64,000 bases of DNA. It comes from Andalucia godoyi And28 (lineage: Eukaryota; Protista; Jakobida). The stretch spans positions 62,001-126,000 of the forward strand of contig VRVR01000026.1 of assembly GCA_009859145.1 (NCBI GenBank), written 5' to 3'. Below, one piece after another: positions 32,981-44,051 of this stretch (the first letter of the stretch is position 1; each line of letters starts with the position of its first letter). The position numbers were made by a program, and so were the translations under genes. The notes under the pieces are model-generated. The model searched no databases. It was not told the origin of the DNA and worked only from the letters and a program-made list of their open reading frames with translations.

Positions 32981-34015
32981 CTAGTTTGCTTTGTTGCCTG
33001 GGACACGGACGACGTCGGTAAGGATCTTGAGAGACGTGTCGAGGCATTCCGCAGCGCGCTTTTCATCGAGCGCGAGCTGGGATGCTCTTGCCTCCTTCGA
33101 GTTGGCATAGTACTTGCCGCCGTGGAATGCGAGTTTGGGGTCAAGGGCGCAAGTGACCTGCGTCTCCGCGCCTTGTGCAGGGCTCTTGAACATGACCTTT
33201 CCGACGGCATTGACGAAGATGGGAAGTCCAAGAGGCAAACCGCGAGCGATACCCGTTGCGACAATCCCTGGATGAACCGCGTAGAACTGAACGGTCGGCG
33301 CATACTGCTTCTGCATCGCAAACGCAACATACAAATTCGCAAGTTTCGACTGCTCATACATGCCCCCAGGAGAGTAGTTCTTCTCGGACTTCCACGACGC
33401 ATAATCCATGGGACCCGCATTGTAGTGAGTGGACGACGTGACCATCACGACTCGTGCAGGGTCGTCCTTCTTTCCACTCCCTGCCTTTCGCAACAGCGGC
33501 AGCAGCTCGCGAACAAGCAGCGTATGGCCCAGATGATTCGTAGCAATCTGCGACTCAAAACCATCAATAGTTCGTGCAAACGGCACGGCCATAATGCCTG
33601 CGTTACACACCAACACATGCAGTCCCGACTGGTTAATTTCCCTTATGTTTGCAATGTGCGCTGCAAACGAAAGCACAGAAGAAAAAGATGACAGATCCAG
33701 AGACGCATGGACAACCTTGGATCCAGTCGCCGACGCGTCCTGCTCCAGCGACTTTACTGCCGCATCCCCCGCAGAAGATGAGCGACATCCAATCACGACA
33801 TTCACGCCGTCCTGCAGAAACGCCCGAACAGTCTCAAGTCCAATGCCGCCATTCCCACCCGTCACCACGGCCCATTTTCCACGGTTCACAGACACCGTCC
33901 CGCGGCGGCTCGCAGGAACGTAAGGAGCAGGAGAGGTCCACCAGTCAATGGCTTCCACAACATACAAGTAAAGCCCAAGAATGCAAAACCAGAGTACGCG
34001 TAGAAACGACATCAT
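32981..34015 (-). CDS. Short-chain dehydrogenase/reductase (retinol-dehydrogenase/WWOX-like)
   Basis: VVTGGNGGIGLET, LDLSS, CNAG, NHLGH, YEQSKLAN (YxxxK) and VHPG; N-terminal membrane anchor. Confidence 0.95.
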   Translation of the reverse strand: MMSFLRVLWFCILGLYLYVVEAIDWWTSPAPYVPASRRGTVSVNRGKWAVVTGGNGGIGLETVRAFLQDGVNVVIGCRSSSAGDAAVKSLEQDASATGSKVVHASLDLSSFSSVLSFAAHIANIREINQSGLHVLVCNAGIMAVPFARTIDGFESQIATNHLGHTLLVRELLPLLRKAGSGKKDDPARVVMVTSSTHYNAGPMDYASWKSEKNYSPGGMYEQSKLANLYVAFAMQKQYAPTVQFYAVHPGIVATGIARGLPLGLPIFVNAVGKVMFKSPAQGAETQVTCALDPKLAFHGGKYYANSKEARASQLALDEKRAAECLDTSLKILTDVVRVPGNKAN

Positions 34016-34201
34016 TCTCCTTCGACTCGCTTATCCTTATCCTTCGAAAAACGCTGGATCTTCGTATCTCCTCCAAGGTCCAGACACGTAATGGATATCC
34101 CGAAAACTCTTTTTCTTCTTCTTCTGTTTCTTCTGTTTCTTCTGCTTCATCTGCTTCATCTGCTTCCTCTGCTTCTGCTTCACATAGCAAACAGAAGCAA
34201 C

Positions 34202-35017
34202 ATGCAACTTTTACGACCGAAGTCTGTGCAGCGGGGTGTTTCCGATTTTGTCCTGGAGTCCGAGGAGAATGATCCCGCAAAATCCACACGTCATGGAAGA
34301 TGCTGCGGTGAGCACTCCCAGCAGGTGATGATTGGACGGGTGGTGCGCAAAGTGCGATCCGGCAGGTTGCTGCCGCCGACTGTGCCTTTTGAAATCGGAG
34401 TTGACGGAGTTGGAACGGGCTCCGTGGTCGGACCCATCACGTTTGCTGCAGTGTATTTTCCGCATGACACTCACATTCCAGGGCTGGACGACTCGAAGAA
34501 GATGACTGCGAATGCCAGGCGAAAGGTTGCCGAGGTGATCAAAGACCGTGCGCTGTCCTTCTCTGTCCAGAATGTGAGCGCGCGTGAAATTGATGAGAGC
34601 GGTCTTTCCTGGGCCATTCAAACATGCATTGTGAGAGCAGTGGACGCAGTGCTGGCGAGTTCGCGTGCTGATGTGTCCGATGGTGATGCGTGGTGCATTC
34701 GTATCGATGGGAAACCATGGGCCGGTACGCGTGAAATGTGCGAAAGGGTTCGTTGGCTCACCGCGGCACAGTTTGTTGTGCGTGGCGACGGGCAGTTCAC
34801 TAGCATGGCGGCAGCATCCGTGCTTGCAAAGGTGCACAGAGACGACGTGCTGATGCCTGCATTGCATCAGAAATTTCCCGAGTACAACTGGATCCAGAAC
34901 AAGGGATACTACACCGCAGAACATCGGAATGCAGTTCGTATCCACGGACTGTGTCCACATCATCGGAAATCATTTTCGACACAGCAGCACGAGCAACTGA
35001 AAAAAGGTGTCGTTTGA
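34202..35017 (+). CDS. rnhB: Bacterial-type ribonuclease HII with atypical first motif
   Basis: IGVDGVGTGSVVGP, LDDSKK, IRIDG, VRGDGQFTSMAAASVLAKVHRD and NKGY-TAEH...HGLCPHHRKSF. The likely ATG is at 34202. Confidence 0.88.
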   Translation: MQLLRPKSVQRGVSDFVLESEENDPAKSTRHGRCCGEHSQQVMIGRVVRKVRSGRLLPPTVPFEIGVDGVGTGSVVGPITFAAVYFPHDTHIPGLDDSKKMTANARRKVAEVIKDRALSFSVQNVSAREIDESGLSWAIQTCIVRAVDAVLASSRADVSDGDAWCIRIDGKPWAGTREMCERVRWLTAAQFVVRGDGQFTSMAAASVLAKVHRDDVLMPALHQKFPEYNWIQNKGYYTAEHRNAVRIHGLCPHHRKSFSTQQHEQLKKGVV

Positions 35018-35472
35018 CAAAAACGATGACGGGCGAGTGAATTTACATCTTGAAATGTTGAAACAAAGTCTATATATATGTACAGGTGCTGAATCAATAA
35101 GAAACGAAGGAAACAGGTACAAGGAGGGCAGCAGTACACCCTGGCTCCGTCAATACATTCATTGCCATATCCTTTGCAGTGGCTGTTGCCACGGCAATTC
35201 TTCTTTTTTGTGAAACGAATTTTCTTTTCTTTTTCTTTCTCTTTTTTTCCAGGTTGCTGGGTAGGTGCAACGCGGGGGGAGGGGGGCCATTCCTTTCACA
35301 CAGAAGCGCTGGCCAAACTCACAAGGCTGCAAAACGGGGGGAGAATATGGACACGAAAACAGATCAATTAGGAAAACGTAAGAAAAAAATGATTAAAATA
35401 AAATTAAAAAAACAACATGAAAAACGGCAAGAAGGCAGGAAATAATAATGATGATGATGATGATCTTCTCGA

Positions 35473-36918
35473 TTATTCGGCATCGCGCTCTTCCGAAGAC
35501 TCTTCTTCTTCATGGCCTCCATCCGTCTTCACCTTCTTTGTTGATCCCGAATACACGAGCTCAAAATTGTCCGGCCTGCGAGAAAAGATAACCGTCTGAG
35601 GAGAAACGACGACGACATTTGCACTGTGCAATTCGACAACGACGCGGAACGCATCGTGTGTAAACTGTGCAAACGACAATCGGACTGCAATACATCCGTC
35701 CTGTCCGTACTTAACCTGCTGCTCCTTGAGGGAATCCACAAGGACTCCTTCGACAGCTTGGCCTGTTCCCACAAAGACCAGATGCACACGGGCAGTAAGC
35801 ATATCACCAACGCGAATCCCGCGTTCTGCAGAGTCAAAACGGATGCGGACAAGATAGTGCTCGGACTTGACGAGACCCGGGCGGAAAAGCCTCTTTTTCT
35901 GCGTCTTTAGCGTTGTGACTCCGATTGCAACACCTGCAGCGTACTTGCGGTCCAATGGAGCACAGACTCGCCAGCCAGTCATGAAATCTGGGATTTTGTC
36001 CGACGTCGCGATACGAAATGCCTTGCGATGTGCAGCCTTCGAGACACATGGTTGGTACCGCAGCGCAACGACAATCTGATCCACAATCTCTTCCGCCAGA
36101 TGTGCAAAATGCGAAGACCACGGCGCTTGAACAAGTTCTCGGTGGTTGCCAGCCATCACTCCTGAAGACTTGCTCATCGTCAGCATACTTGATGCATTGC
36201 CATTGCCATTGCCGTTGCCGTTGCTGTTGCTCGTGGAATTCAATGAAGAAGAGTCGTGTTTGTTGTTATTCGAGTTAGAGACGGTCGAAGACGAGCTGCT
36301 CATCATGATTGCATATGGATTACCGGCCATGGCGCTGTTGCAGCTTTGCGGGGCAGCCGCAGGCGTTGCCTCCATGATCTTTGCACGCTTCGCATCTGGA
36401 GGGGCTGCAACTGCATACGCTTCATAGCTGTCTTTCCGAGTCAGAGGAGTGAAACCCCCATTCACACTCTGCATATGATTTTCGATGATTCTGGCCGCTG
36501 CAAAAGCAGACACATCCAGATTCGCGAGCGACGACGACGAACAGTCGCGGAAGAATGGATGATCAAACAGCGAGTCATTCCCAGCGAATGAATAAAAGGC
36601 ATTGGCAATGGTGTTGTTGTTGTTGCTGTTGTTGTTGTCGTAATTGGCACCACCACCGCCACCAATACTGCTACTCCTCTCAAGACCGTTCAACGCCGCT
36701 ATTCCATTGTTCATACTGGAAAACAGCAACGAGTCGTCAAGCTCGTTGCCGAACGGGACCTCAGGAGCAGTGTAGAGCGAGATCTGCGCGGCGTCATCGT
36801 ACGAAACCAACGCGTCCGAAGACACTCCGAGCAATTCAGCAAGCTCATCGGTCAACGGATGGACCGGGGCTGTCGACGGAGCCAGCTGAAACGGCATTGA
36901 AATTGCGTGAAACGACAT
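35473..36918 (-). CDS. Low-complexity protein with C-terminal beta-rich domain, possibly a CudA/NDT80-like DNA-binding protein
   Basis: N/S-rich N-terminal half; globular C-terminal domain ending FRVVVEL...VVSPQTVIFSRRP, followed by a basic/acidic tail. Confidence 0.6.
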   Translation of the reverse strand: MSFHAISMPFQLAPSTAPVHPLTDELAELLGVSSDALVSYDDAAQISLYTAPEVPFGNELDDSLLFSSMNNGIAALNGLERSSSIGGGGGANYDNNNSNNNNTIANAFYSFAGNDSLFDHPFFRDCSSSSLANLDVSAFAAARIIENHMQSVNGGFTPLTRKDSYEAYAVAAPPDAKRAKIMEATPAAAPQSCNSAMAGNPYAIMMSSSSSTVSNSNNNKHDSSSLNSTSNSNGNGNGNGNASSMLTMSKSSGVMAGNHRELVQAPWSSHFAHLAEEIVDQIVVALRYQPCVSKAAHRKAFRIATSDKIPDFMTGWRVCAPLDRKYAAGVAIGVTTLKTQKKRLFRPGLVKSEHYLVRIRFDSAERGIRVGDMLTARVHLVFVGTGQAVEGVLVDSLKEQQVKYGQDGCIAVRLSFAQFTHDAFRVVVELHSANVVVVSPQTVIFSRRPDNFELVYSGSTKKVKTDGGHEEEESSEERDAE

Positions 36919-37892
36919 TATTACAGATGCCAACTTCCTTCTTCTTTTTTTTCCACCTCTCTTCCCACCTTCTCCCTCTCAAGAAACTCCAGCAGAGCTC
37001 TAAACGAACAATCTGAAGCTTGTTGAGCCCGGAAAAGTGCAGTCAAGAAGAGATGATGAAGAAAAACGAAACAAGATGATTGCGCTCTCTTCTGTGATTT
37101 TGTCGGGGGTTTCCTCCAAGGAACTTGGTGCTTGCTTTCGCTGTTCTTCCTTTTGAGACTGATTTAATTTTTTTAATATAATATCTAAAATAGTATAATC
37201 ACACAACTGGACAAAAGGAAGGAGGAAGAAAGAAGAAAGAAGAGAAGGAGGGAAAAATAATATAATAACCTCAGAACGCAAAAGGGTGAGTCGTCCGTGT
37301 GCTGTTGTTCGGTGTACACTTGCGCACTCTTGGCTGCGGTGGGGGAAAATCGGTGAAATTGAGGAAAACTCCAAAGGCGGGTTTACCCGAGGACGACGGA
37401 AATCAAGGGGAAAAAAGATCGCCGATCCCGCGAAGGCTTTTCGGGGATGTGTTTCCTTTTGCGGCTGGGCTTGACGGCAATTTAATCTCTGCAGTCATCT
37501 TTTTGGTTGAAGGAACTTGAATGTGCTTTGGGCGGCGTTATAATGCGAAAAACCCCCGAGTACAACTTTTTTTTTTCTCTTCCTGATGACTACAGCTGGA
37601 AACCCGCTTGAAAAAAGAAAGTGGAGGATTTATGATGAGTGTGTTATTGATAATGTACAGAATCGAGCAGCGCGCGTTGTTACGAAACGAAACGAAACCA
37701 ACATAAAATGAAAATAAAATTAAATAAAACAACAGCGACAACTGGTCTTTGCTCTTTGGAATTACACCGCATGCGTAATAATATGTATAATAAAAAGAAA
37801 CCGCATAATCACCGCAGCGACAAAAACAAGAAGAAGAGCATAAATAAGAATGAAACGGCAGAAGAGGAAGAGGAAGACTCGGAGCCAAAGGC

Positions 37893-39495
37893 CTACCACT
37901 TGTTGGACTTCTTCATGATCTTGGGAGCGGTGCGGTTAAGGATGCGAACGCTTCCGGCATGTGAAATGTCCACTTCCGTGGGAGCTGCCCACCAGGCCTC
38001 GCCATCAGTCTGAAACGGGAACTGGCGCATCTTTGCAGTCTGCTTCTCGGTTGCAACGAGTCTGACTGCGGCTCCTTGTCCCAATACCCAAGGCCTCGAA
38101 AGCCCAAGTGTGAGGCCCACGAGGGAGATCGGAGATCGCATTGCAACAACTTCGATAAGTCCATCACCAGCGTTCTGCGGCTGGTATCCGAGGGTCCGCT
38201 GCTCGTTGCGAGACGGCTTGTAAATGCAATTTCCGTTTGCATACGACGAATGGTTGATGAGGACAATGCAGCCGGCAAGCTTCGGTATCGAAACTTCGGA
38301 ACCGTCAATGATGAGTTTGTAGTACTTTGAAATCTTTGCATTTCCCTTGACCATTCGCTTGATGCCAAACCACGTTGTCAGAGCCTTGGAGATGATGCGG
38401 GACCGCGAAGATGTCTTTGGATGTTGTGTGCGATACAGGTGCCAGTCATACATGACTGCTGCGTCCCAACCAATTGAAAAGAAGGAGAACATACGAGAAA
38501 CGTGAGCAGGAAGTGCATCGCAATTCGGCATTCGGATGGACCACGCATCAATCGAACTCACAAATGAAGTAGGTAGAGCACCGAGCATACGAGCAAGAAC
38601 CATAGCCGAAGAGAAGGATGCCGTGTCGGCGGCCGCCGATCCCTCTGGTGACATTGGGCCAGGAGAAGTCACTTCTCGGAACTGGCGCATTTCGTTCTGC
38701 GATTCTGTTGGAGAAGCCGCTCGTGGCGAAGACCCGTGCCGCTGGGTCTCTTGTGGTGGACGCGAGGATTCGGATGAAGGCTCCATTGGCGAGTGATCGG
38801 GCTCCTCTGTGGACAGCTCGTGGAAAGAGCCGAGACTGTGCACGTGGATCGATCCGCGATGGGTGGATTCAAACACCTCGGAGCGCATGGGGTGCGGCGT
38901 ACCAAGTACATCCTCTTTTGCAGAAGACGTATTTGCGATGGACACCGACGTCGTCCGCTGGTGAACTTGCAGCTTGTGCTTTGTTGAAGAAAATGACGAT
39001 GCAGACCCGTTGGTTTTCCCAGTTGCCGGTGTGCCTGCCCCCGGACTCAGCACGCCAGGTCCATCAATATGTTTCTTCCTTTTCTCCGGCCCTCTCTTTT
39101 CAGCCTGCGCCTTCTCACGCCCTTGTGGCTTTTGCTGTTTCTTGGACTTGAGCATACGATTCATCTTGTCTGGCGGAATTCCAATACCCCAGCCGCATTC
39201 CCGTGGCAGCATGTTTCCTGTTCCAATCGGAACAGTTAAGCACACTGGCGATTCCTTGATCACGCGCTGCTGAAGCGCATCAATCATGGCACCGAGAACG
39301 GAGCAGTGTGTGCCGTCACCACCGCACGAAATTACCAGGATTCTCGATCCACCCCCGAACGTATTGCTCGACACCTTGATTGGTGAAGGAGGCTCCATAT
39401 TGCCGCTTATAATTCCAACACCGGCCGCCGCTCCAGCTTCAGTTCCGATTCCGCTTTCATTGCTAGGAACAGGACCTGCAGATGATGAAGACGAA

Positions 39496-39543
<48 letters not shown>

Positions 39544-40559
39544 GTTGATGATGAAATCCCGACATGGCTGTTGCTAGGATCCGGTAGGCTGAACTTCTTC
39601 ATCACATCCGCAAGAACTCCAAGTGGGTGCTTCGAAGGGTTCGACCAATCGTCAAGCAAGACGACTGTGGAGGGGATCTTGTGGGCCGCAAACAGAGACG
39701 CAAACAAGCTTGCAGCATGCTCGCCCTGTGCAATTCCACTCCTGGGATTGACCAGCACGATTGAATGGTCGAACTTACTCCGAAACGAATCGGAATCGAG
39801 TGACTCGGCCTCTGGAGTTCCAAAACATTGCAGAAACATTTCCTGGAACAGTGTGAACGGGTTCACCAAGATTCCCATATTTCCAATCGTCGACGTAGGG
39901 CGCACATCTCCGGACTGCAAATTTACATACTCTGCAGTCACGTGGCTCTCCAGTCTTCCATGACCAACGCTTTCATTGTCGTTATCAATGCCGTTGTTCT
40001 CATCGTGATGTCCAGCGACCACCACGATATCCGAGTCGCTGTTCACGTTGCTAAGATCGACATCGGATGGCGCCGCAGTCATGACGATATCGGCAGTTTC
40101 CTCGCCTCCATTCACCAAATCGGAGGACTGTTCATCCGAATGAAACACAGGTTGCGCATGATTGTTGTTTGAATTCGCAGTCATAAGATTGCTATTGCTG
40201 CTTTGGGAATACAGCACCTGGTCGCGCATCGACAACGATTGTGTCCGCGAATGCACAGACGACGCCGAACCATTGGACACCGAGTTTGAGTTGGACCGAA
40301 CGTGCGATGAGCTCGACGGAGCCGAACGCTTCGGAGGAGTCTTAATAAGAGAAGAAGGTGACCGTATGTTCGAAGATCCCGAAGAAGAAGAAGATGATGA
40401 TGATGATGATGATGATGACGACGACGAGGAGGAGGAGGGAGATGAGGAGGAAGGAAACGCCGATGATGAAGGTAACGCGGCAGAAGACGAAGAAAGCGAC
40501 TTTGCATGACCTGGAGATGAAAACGGATGGTATATTGGATCCAGATTCGAAGTGGGCAT
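37893..40559 (-). CDS. DGK: Diacylglycerol kinase (catalytic and accessory domains)
   Basis: LVNPRSG, CGGDGT, PIGTGNML, FSIGWDA, GDGLIEVV and FQTDGEAW, with long Ser-rich inserts. Confidence 0.92.
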
Positions 40560-40811
40560 TCTCACTTCCGACGTTATTTTCGTTTCTTTCTTTCCTTTTG
40601 AGGTGTAAGCGTTGAGAGGGAGGTGTCAAGAGGGGAAATCACGGGCACACAGGTGTTGTTTGAAATTGTATGAACACTCCCACACACACGGACACGCGCG
40701 CGCGAGAAAGAGAAAGAGAAACAAAGAAGAGAAACCGAAACCAAAACCGAAACCAAAAAACGAAGCGAATGAATTATCATTAACAAGAAGAAATGAAAAG
40801 AAATTGAGCGT

Positions 40812-42681
40812 TTAAGAAGCGGCAATTTTATCCCGAAAAGTGATTCGAACTGGGTCGCGGCTCGAAGTCACGAGGAAAGAATGGTCGCCCATCCGCTTTT
40901 TTACAGCAGCCTCTCTGTACACTGCCTGTTGACAGCGACGACCGACAATCGTGTCGAGTCCCCATTCCTGGACGAATGGATTGTGGTAAAACACATCCAT
41001 TCCGCGGATGCTGCGAATGCAATCGACTCCAGGATACATAGGCTCTTCAATGAAGCAGAACGCGGCGACATTTGATTTGTCCTTGTTTGCGTATGTTGGA
41101 TCCAGAAAGTCGAAAGACCGCCACGCAAACCGGATGTTGAGAGGTGTGTTCCTCCACACTCTGGAGCCCCTCCTCTTCCGCAGGAAGTCGCGATGGCCGA
41201 CTGAATGGCCCGGACATGGGTACACCGGAATCCATCGCGGTTTGGGTCGTTCAGGTCGTCGTACGTAATCGGCACACATGACTCTGCGGAAAAGACAATA
41301 AAAGTTGGGAGGCGCGCCGCTTAGAAGAGAGTCCTTGGAGGGTGCTACGAAGCCGGTCGGATCGACCATTGCATTGAGCTGCGTGCTCAGAATCTCCTTC
41401 GCGGTGATGCTTCGGAGTGAGCCGCAACACGCTTGGTCCACTTTGGTAAATTCGTTCTGCGCCTTTCCAAACGATTCGCTGTGATGATAAAGAGCTTAGT
41501 AAAACCGATTGCGCTGCGTCTGCTCCTAGTTTTGAGGCCCGTCGATTTCCAAATTGCGCGTAATCACGAGAGCCCCTTTACCCTTTGCCGATGTTTCGTA
41601 AGGATTCAGGAGAATTTCGACATGTCGGTTGTTGAGAAGCAGCATCGGAAGGCTCTTCAGTACGTCGTTCAGAACACACAACGTTCGCGCTTCTCTGAAA
41701 AACATACGGTCCTGAACGGCAAGCACGACTGCCGTGATCACACCTGCCGTTCCAAGACTTACGCGCGCTGCATGAAACACATCATCGTCACGGATGACAG
41801 CGTCAAATCCGGGGAGATTGCTGTGCGATGTGATGGGACACGTCGGGGATTCAATGCGAACTCTCTGCGTCTTCGCCTCTCCATTGACACTGCAGACACA
41901 GACGATTTCGATGGTGGCAATGTAGTCGAACACTGGTGCCAAGAAGATGCCGGATCCGTGGGTTCCGGTCGAAGCTGCTCCGGAGACGGACTGCTCCCAA
42001 GGTTGGAAAGAGCTAACCCCGTTGAGATCATGAAGGCGCACTGTAGATCCAACACGGATCAGACAGTGCTCAGGTTCTGCATCGAACTTTACGCACGGGG
42101 TGGTTGGACAGCAACGATCGTCGTTTGAAGAATGGAGCGGCAGGATGGACTTTCGCAGAATGTCGTCGGAGAGCAGCTGCAAGTGTCTGGATTCCCAGCC
42201 GATGATCCGCAAATGATCAACATCTTTTTCGTTGAGATCGTATCGGCCGGCATGGTGGATGTCAAGCACATGCAGGTTTTCGTGGTTTACATCGATCAGT
42301 CTGTCAGACGAGTACAGTGCTCCTATCGGAACAACGCCCCGCACCGGACTGAAGTGCATTCTCCACACACTGAGCAAAATCAAAGACGGAAACTGGCCGG
42401 AACCATTTCGACTTGATATCATCTGTTGTCAAGCGAGGAATTCCCCACAAAGCACACACGTTGCGCTGCGAATCCAGCCATGAATTGCGTGGTGGAGCAG
42501 ACGGAACGCAGCGGACCTCTCTTTCATTCTCTTGTCCATTTGTCGCGCTGAAGCTCGTACAAGCTGCGGGCTGCTCCACAGAATTCGGCGAAGGGTCCGC
42601 GGCCACGTCGCCGTATGCATCGCTAGTTTTCGGAACCGTCTGGTCCGCCGACTGATTTTTCTGAGATTCGTTCTTTGACAT
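40812..42681 (-). pseudogene. Frameshifted FAD-linked oxidase of the L-gulonolactone/D-arabinonolactone oxidase family
   Basis: ATG at 42681. Motifs WFRPVS...ALQSG, EQSVSGAASTGTHGSG, FHAARVSLGTAGVIT, SAESCVP, PLNIRF and (RP)xWG fall in alternating frames. At least five inferred 1-nt shifts; no GT-AG intron explains them. Confidence 0.75.
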
Positions 42682-43003
42682 TTTTTAACAGCGGAGGTAG
42701 ACGGCCCGGCAAAGAACTGCAGGACAGTAAGCCGATAGATCGCAAACAGGTTGGGAAGGATGCAAAAAACAAAATGCTTTCCTCTGGCAGAAAGCAGAAA
42801 ACAAAGGATGTGATGGGCTTTGTGGCCTTTGGGATAACGGTGCTGGGGAAGCAGCGGTATGCAAAGACAGTTACTCGGCCTGTGTGGACCAGCGGATCGT
42901 TGGAATTTTGGATCGCTTGGGCTGTAGCAGCAAGATCTTCCCAGAATTTACAGAAACGAATCGGCCGGGAGAGCACCTTTGCGGCGACAACAATACGACC
43001 ACA

Positions 43004-43177
43004 CACCGTTGAATAATAACACGTCATTGTCATGCATCCGGAAGTACACATAAACAGACACGGTCAATACTGGCCGACACTAGCACGTTGCTGTGACACA
43101 GGAATTCGTGCTTGCGCGTAGCCATCTATCATCCGTTCAGCGCACTGCCAAGAGGCGAACTTCCAAGACACGATCTC
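43004..43177 (-). repeat. Dispersed repeat copy 1 (174 bp), inverted relative to 54703-54879
   Basis: Its reverse complement matches 54703-54879 except for 5 transitions and one TTA indel. Confidence 0.95.
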
Positions 43178-43703
43178 CAATCCTCGGCACGCAGGGTAGC
43201 CAACCCCAAGCAGAAGCATCGAAAATCCGCGCGAACACAGTTTGTGGCCCTTCACTCGTCAGCACTCTGCTGCAATGTACATCAATCTCTGCAGTCAATT
43301 CCTGCGTTCTGGCGTCCCAGCCAACTGGAGCGGAGTCATCGTCATGGATGAAAAATGATTTTTTCTACTGTTCGTTTGCAACTGCATTAATCGCTTAAAA
43401 CCTTTCAGTTTCAGTATTTCATATTGGTGTTGTTATCGCCGTCGCCATCTCCCTCCTCCTCCTCCTCTTTTTTCTTCTGTTATGGATTTTATTTGCATTG
43501 TTGCAGCGCCTCGCAAATGATCGATCATCAGGGACTTGTCTCACCGGCAACTTTTAATAGGAGCTTGCCAATACAAGCCCAACGGCGGAGCGTTTGAGTG
43601 GAAACTTCGCAGCGCTTTCGGGTCGTTGCCACAGCTTCAAATATGGAGTGAACCGCACTGAGGCATCACAAAATGCGAACTGGCGTCTGTAAAAGCATTT
43701 TAA

Positions 43704-43750
43704 AAATCAACAAAAATCAATAAAAATCAATAAAAATCAAAAAATCAAAA
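43704..43750. repeat. AAAAATCAA-type tandem repeat
   Basis: About five imperfect units. Confidence 0.75.
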
Positions 43751-44051
43751 GAGAACGTGACGGGGAAGCTATCACAGACACTTCCTAGTTGTTGCACATT
43801 GCATCAATCACTCAGATGTCCCGACCATCAGATTGCTGTTTCTGTGAAGAAGCTCCTGCCCTTTCTGATTATCCGTGACCTGCGGATATTGAATGCACCA
43901 ACCTGTACCGGTGTTGTTGGTTTCTTGTGCGCCAAAAAAAAAAAAAATACATTGCAAAAGTCTTTTCTGCCCACAGGTGTTCAGGTTTCAATCGAAAGAC
44001 GACGAAGAATCCTCAACTACAAAAAAAATTTAATTTCAATTTTATTTTAAA

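Noticed and set aside
41496-41528. In-frame TAG and TAA between two same-frame oxidase ORFs, suggesting stop-codon reassignment or readthrough
   Set aside because: All other genes use TAA/TAG/TGA as normal stops, and a compensating pair of frameshifts gives a more protein-like path around both stops.
41433-42128. 231-aa plus-strand ORF opposite the oxidase pseudogene
   Set aside because: It is an antisense shadow of coding sequence with no recognisable motifs.
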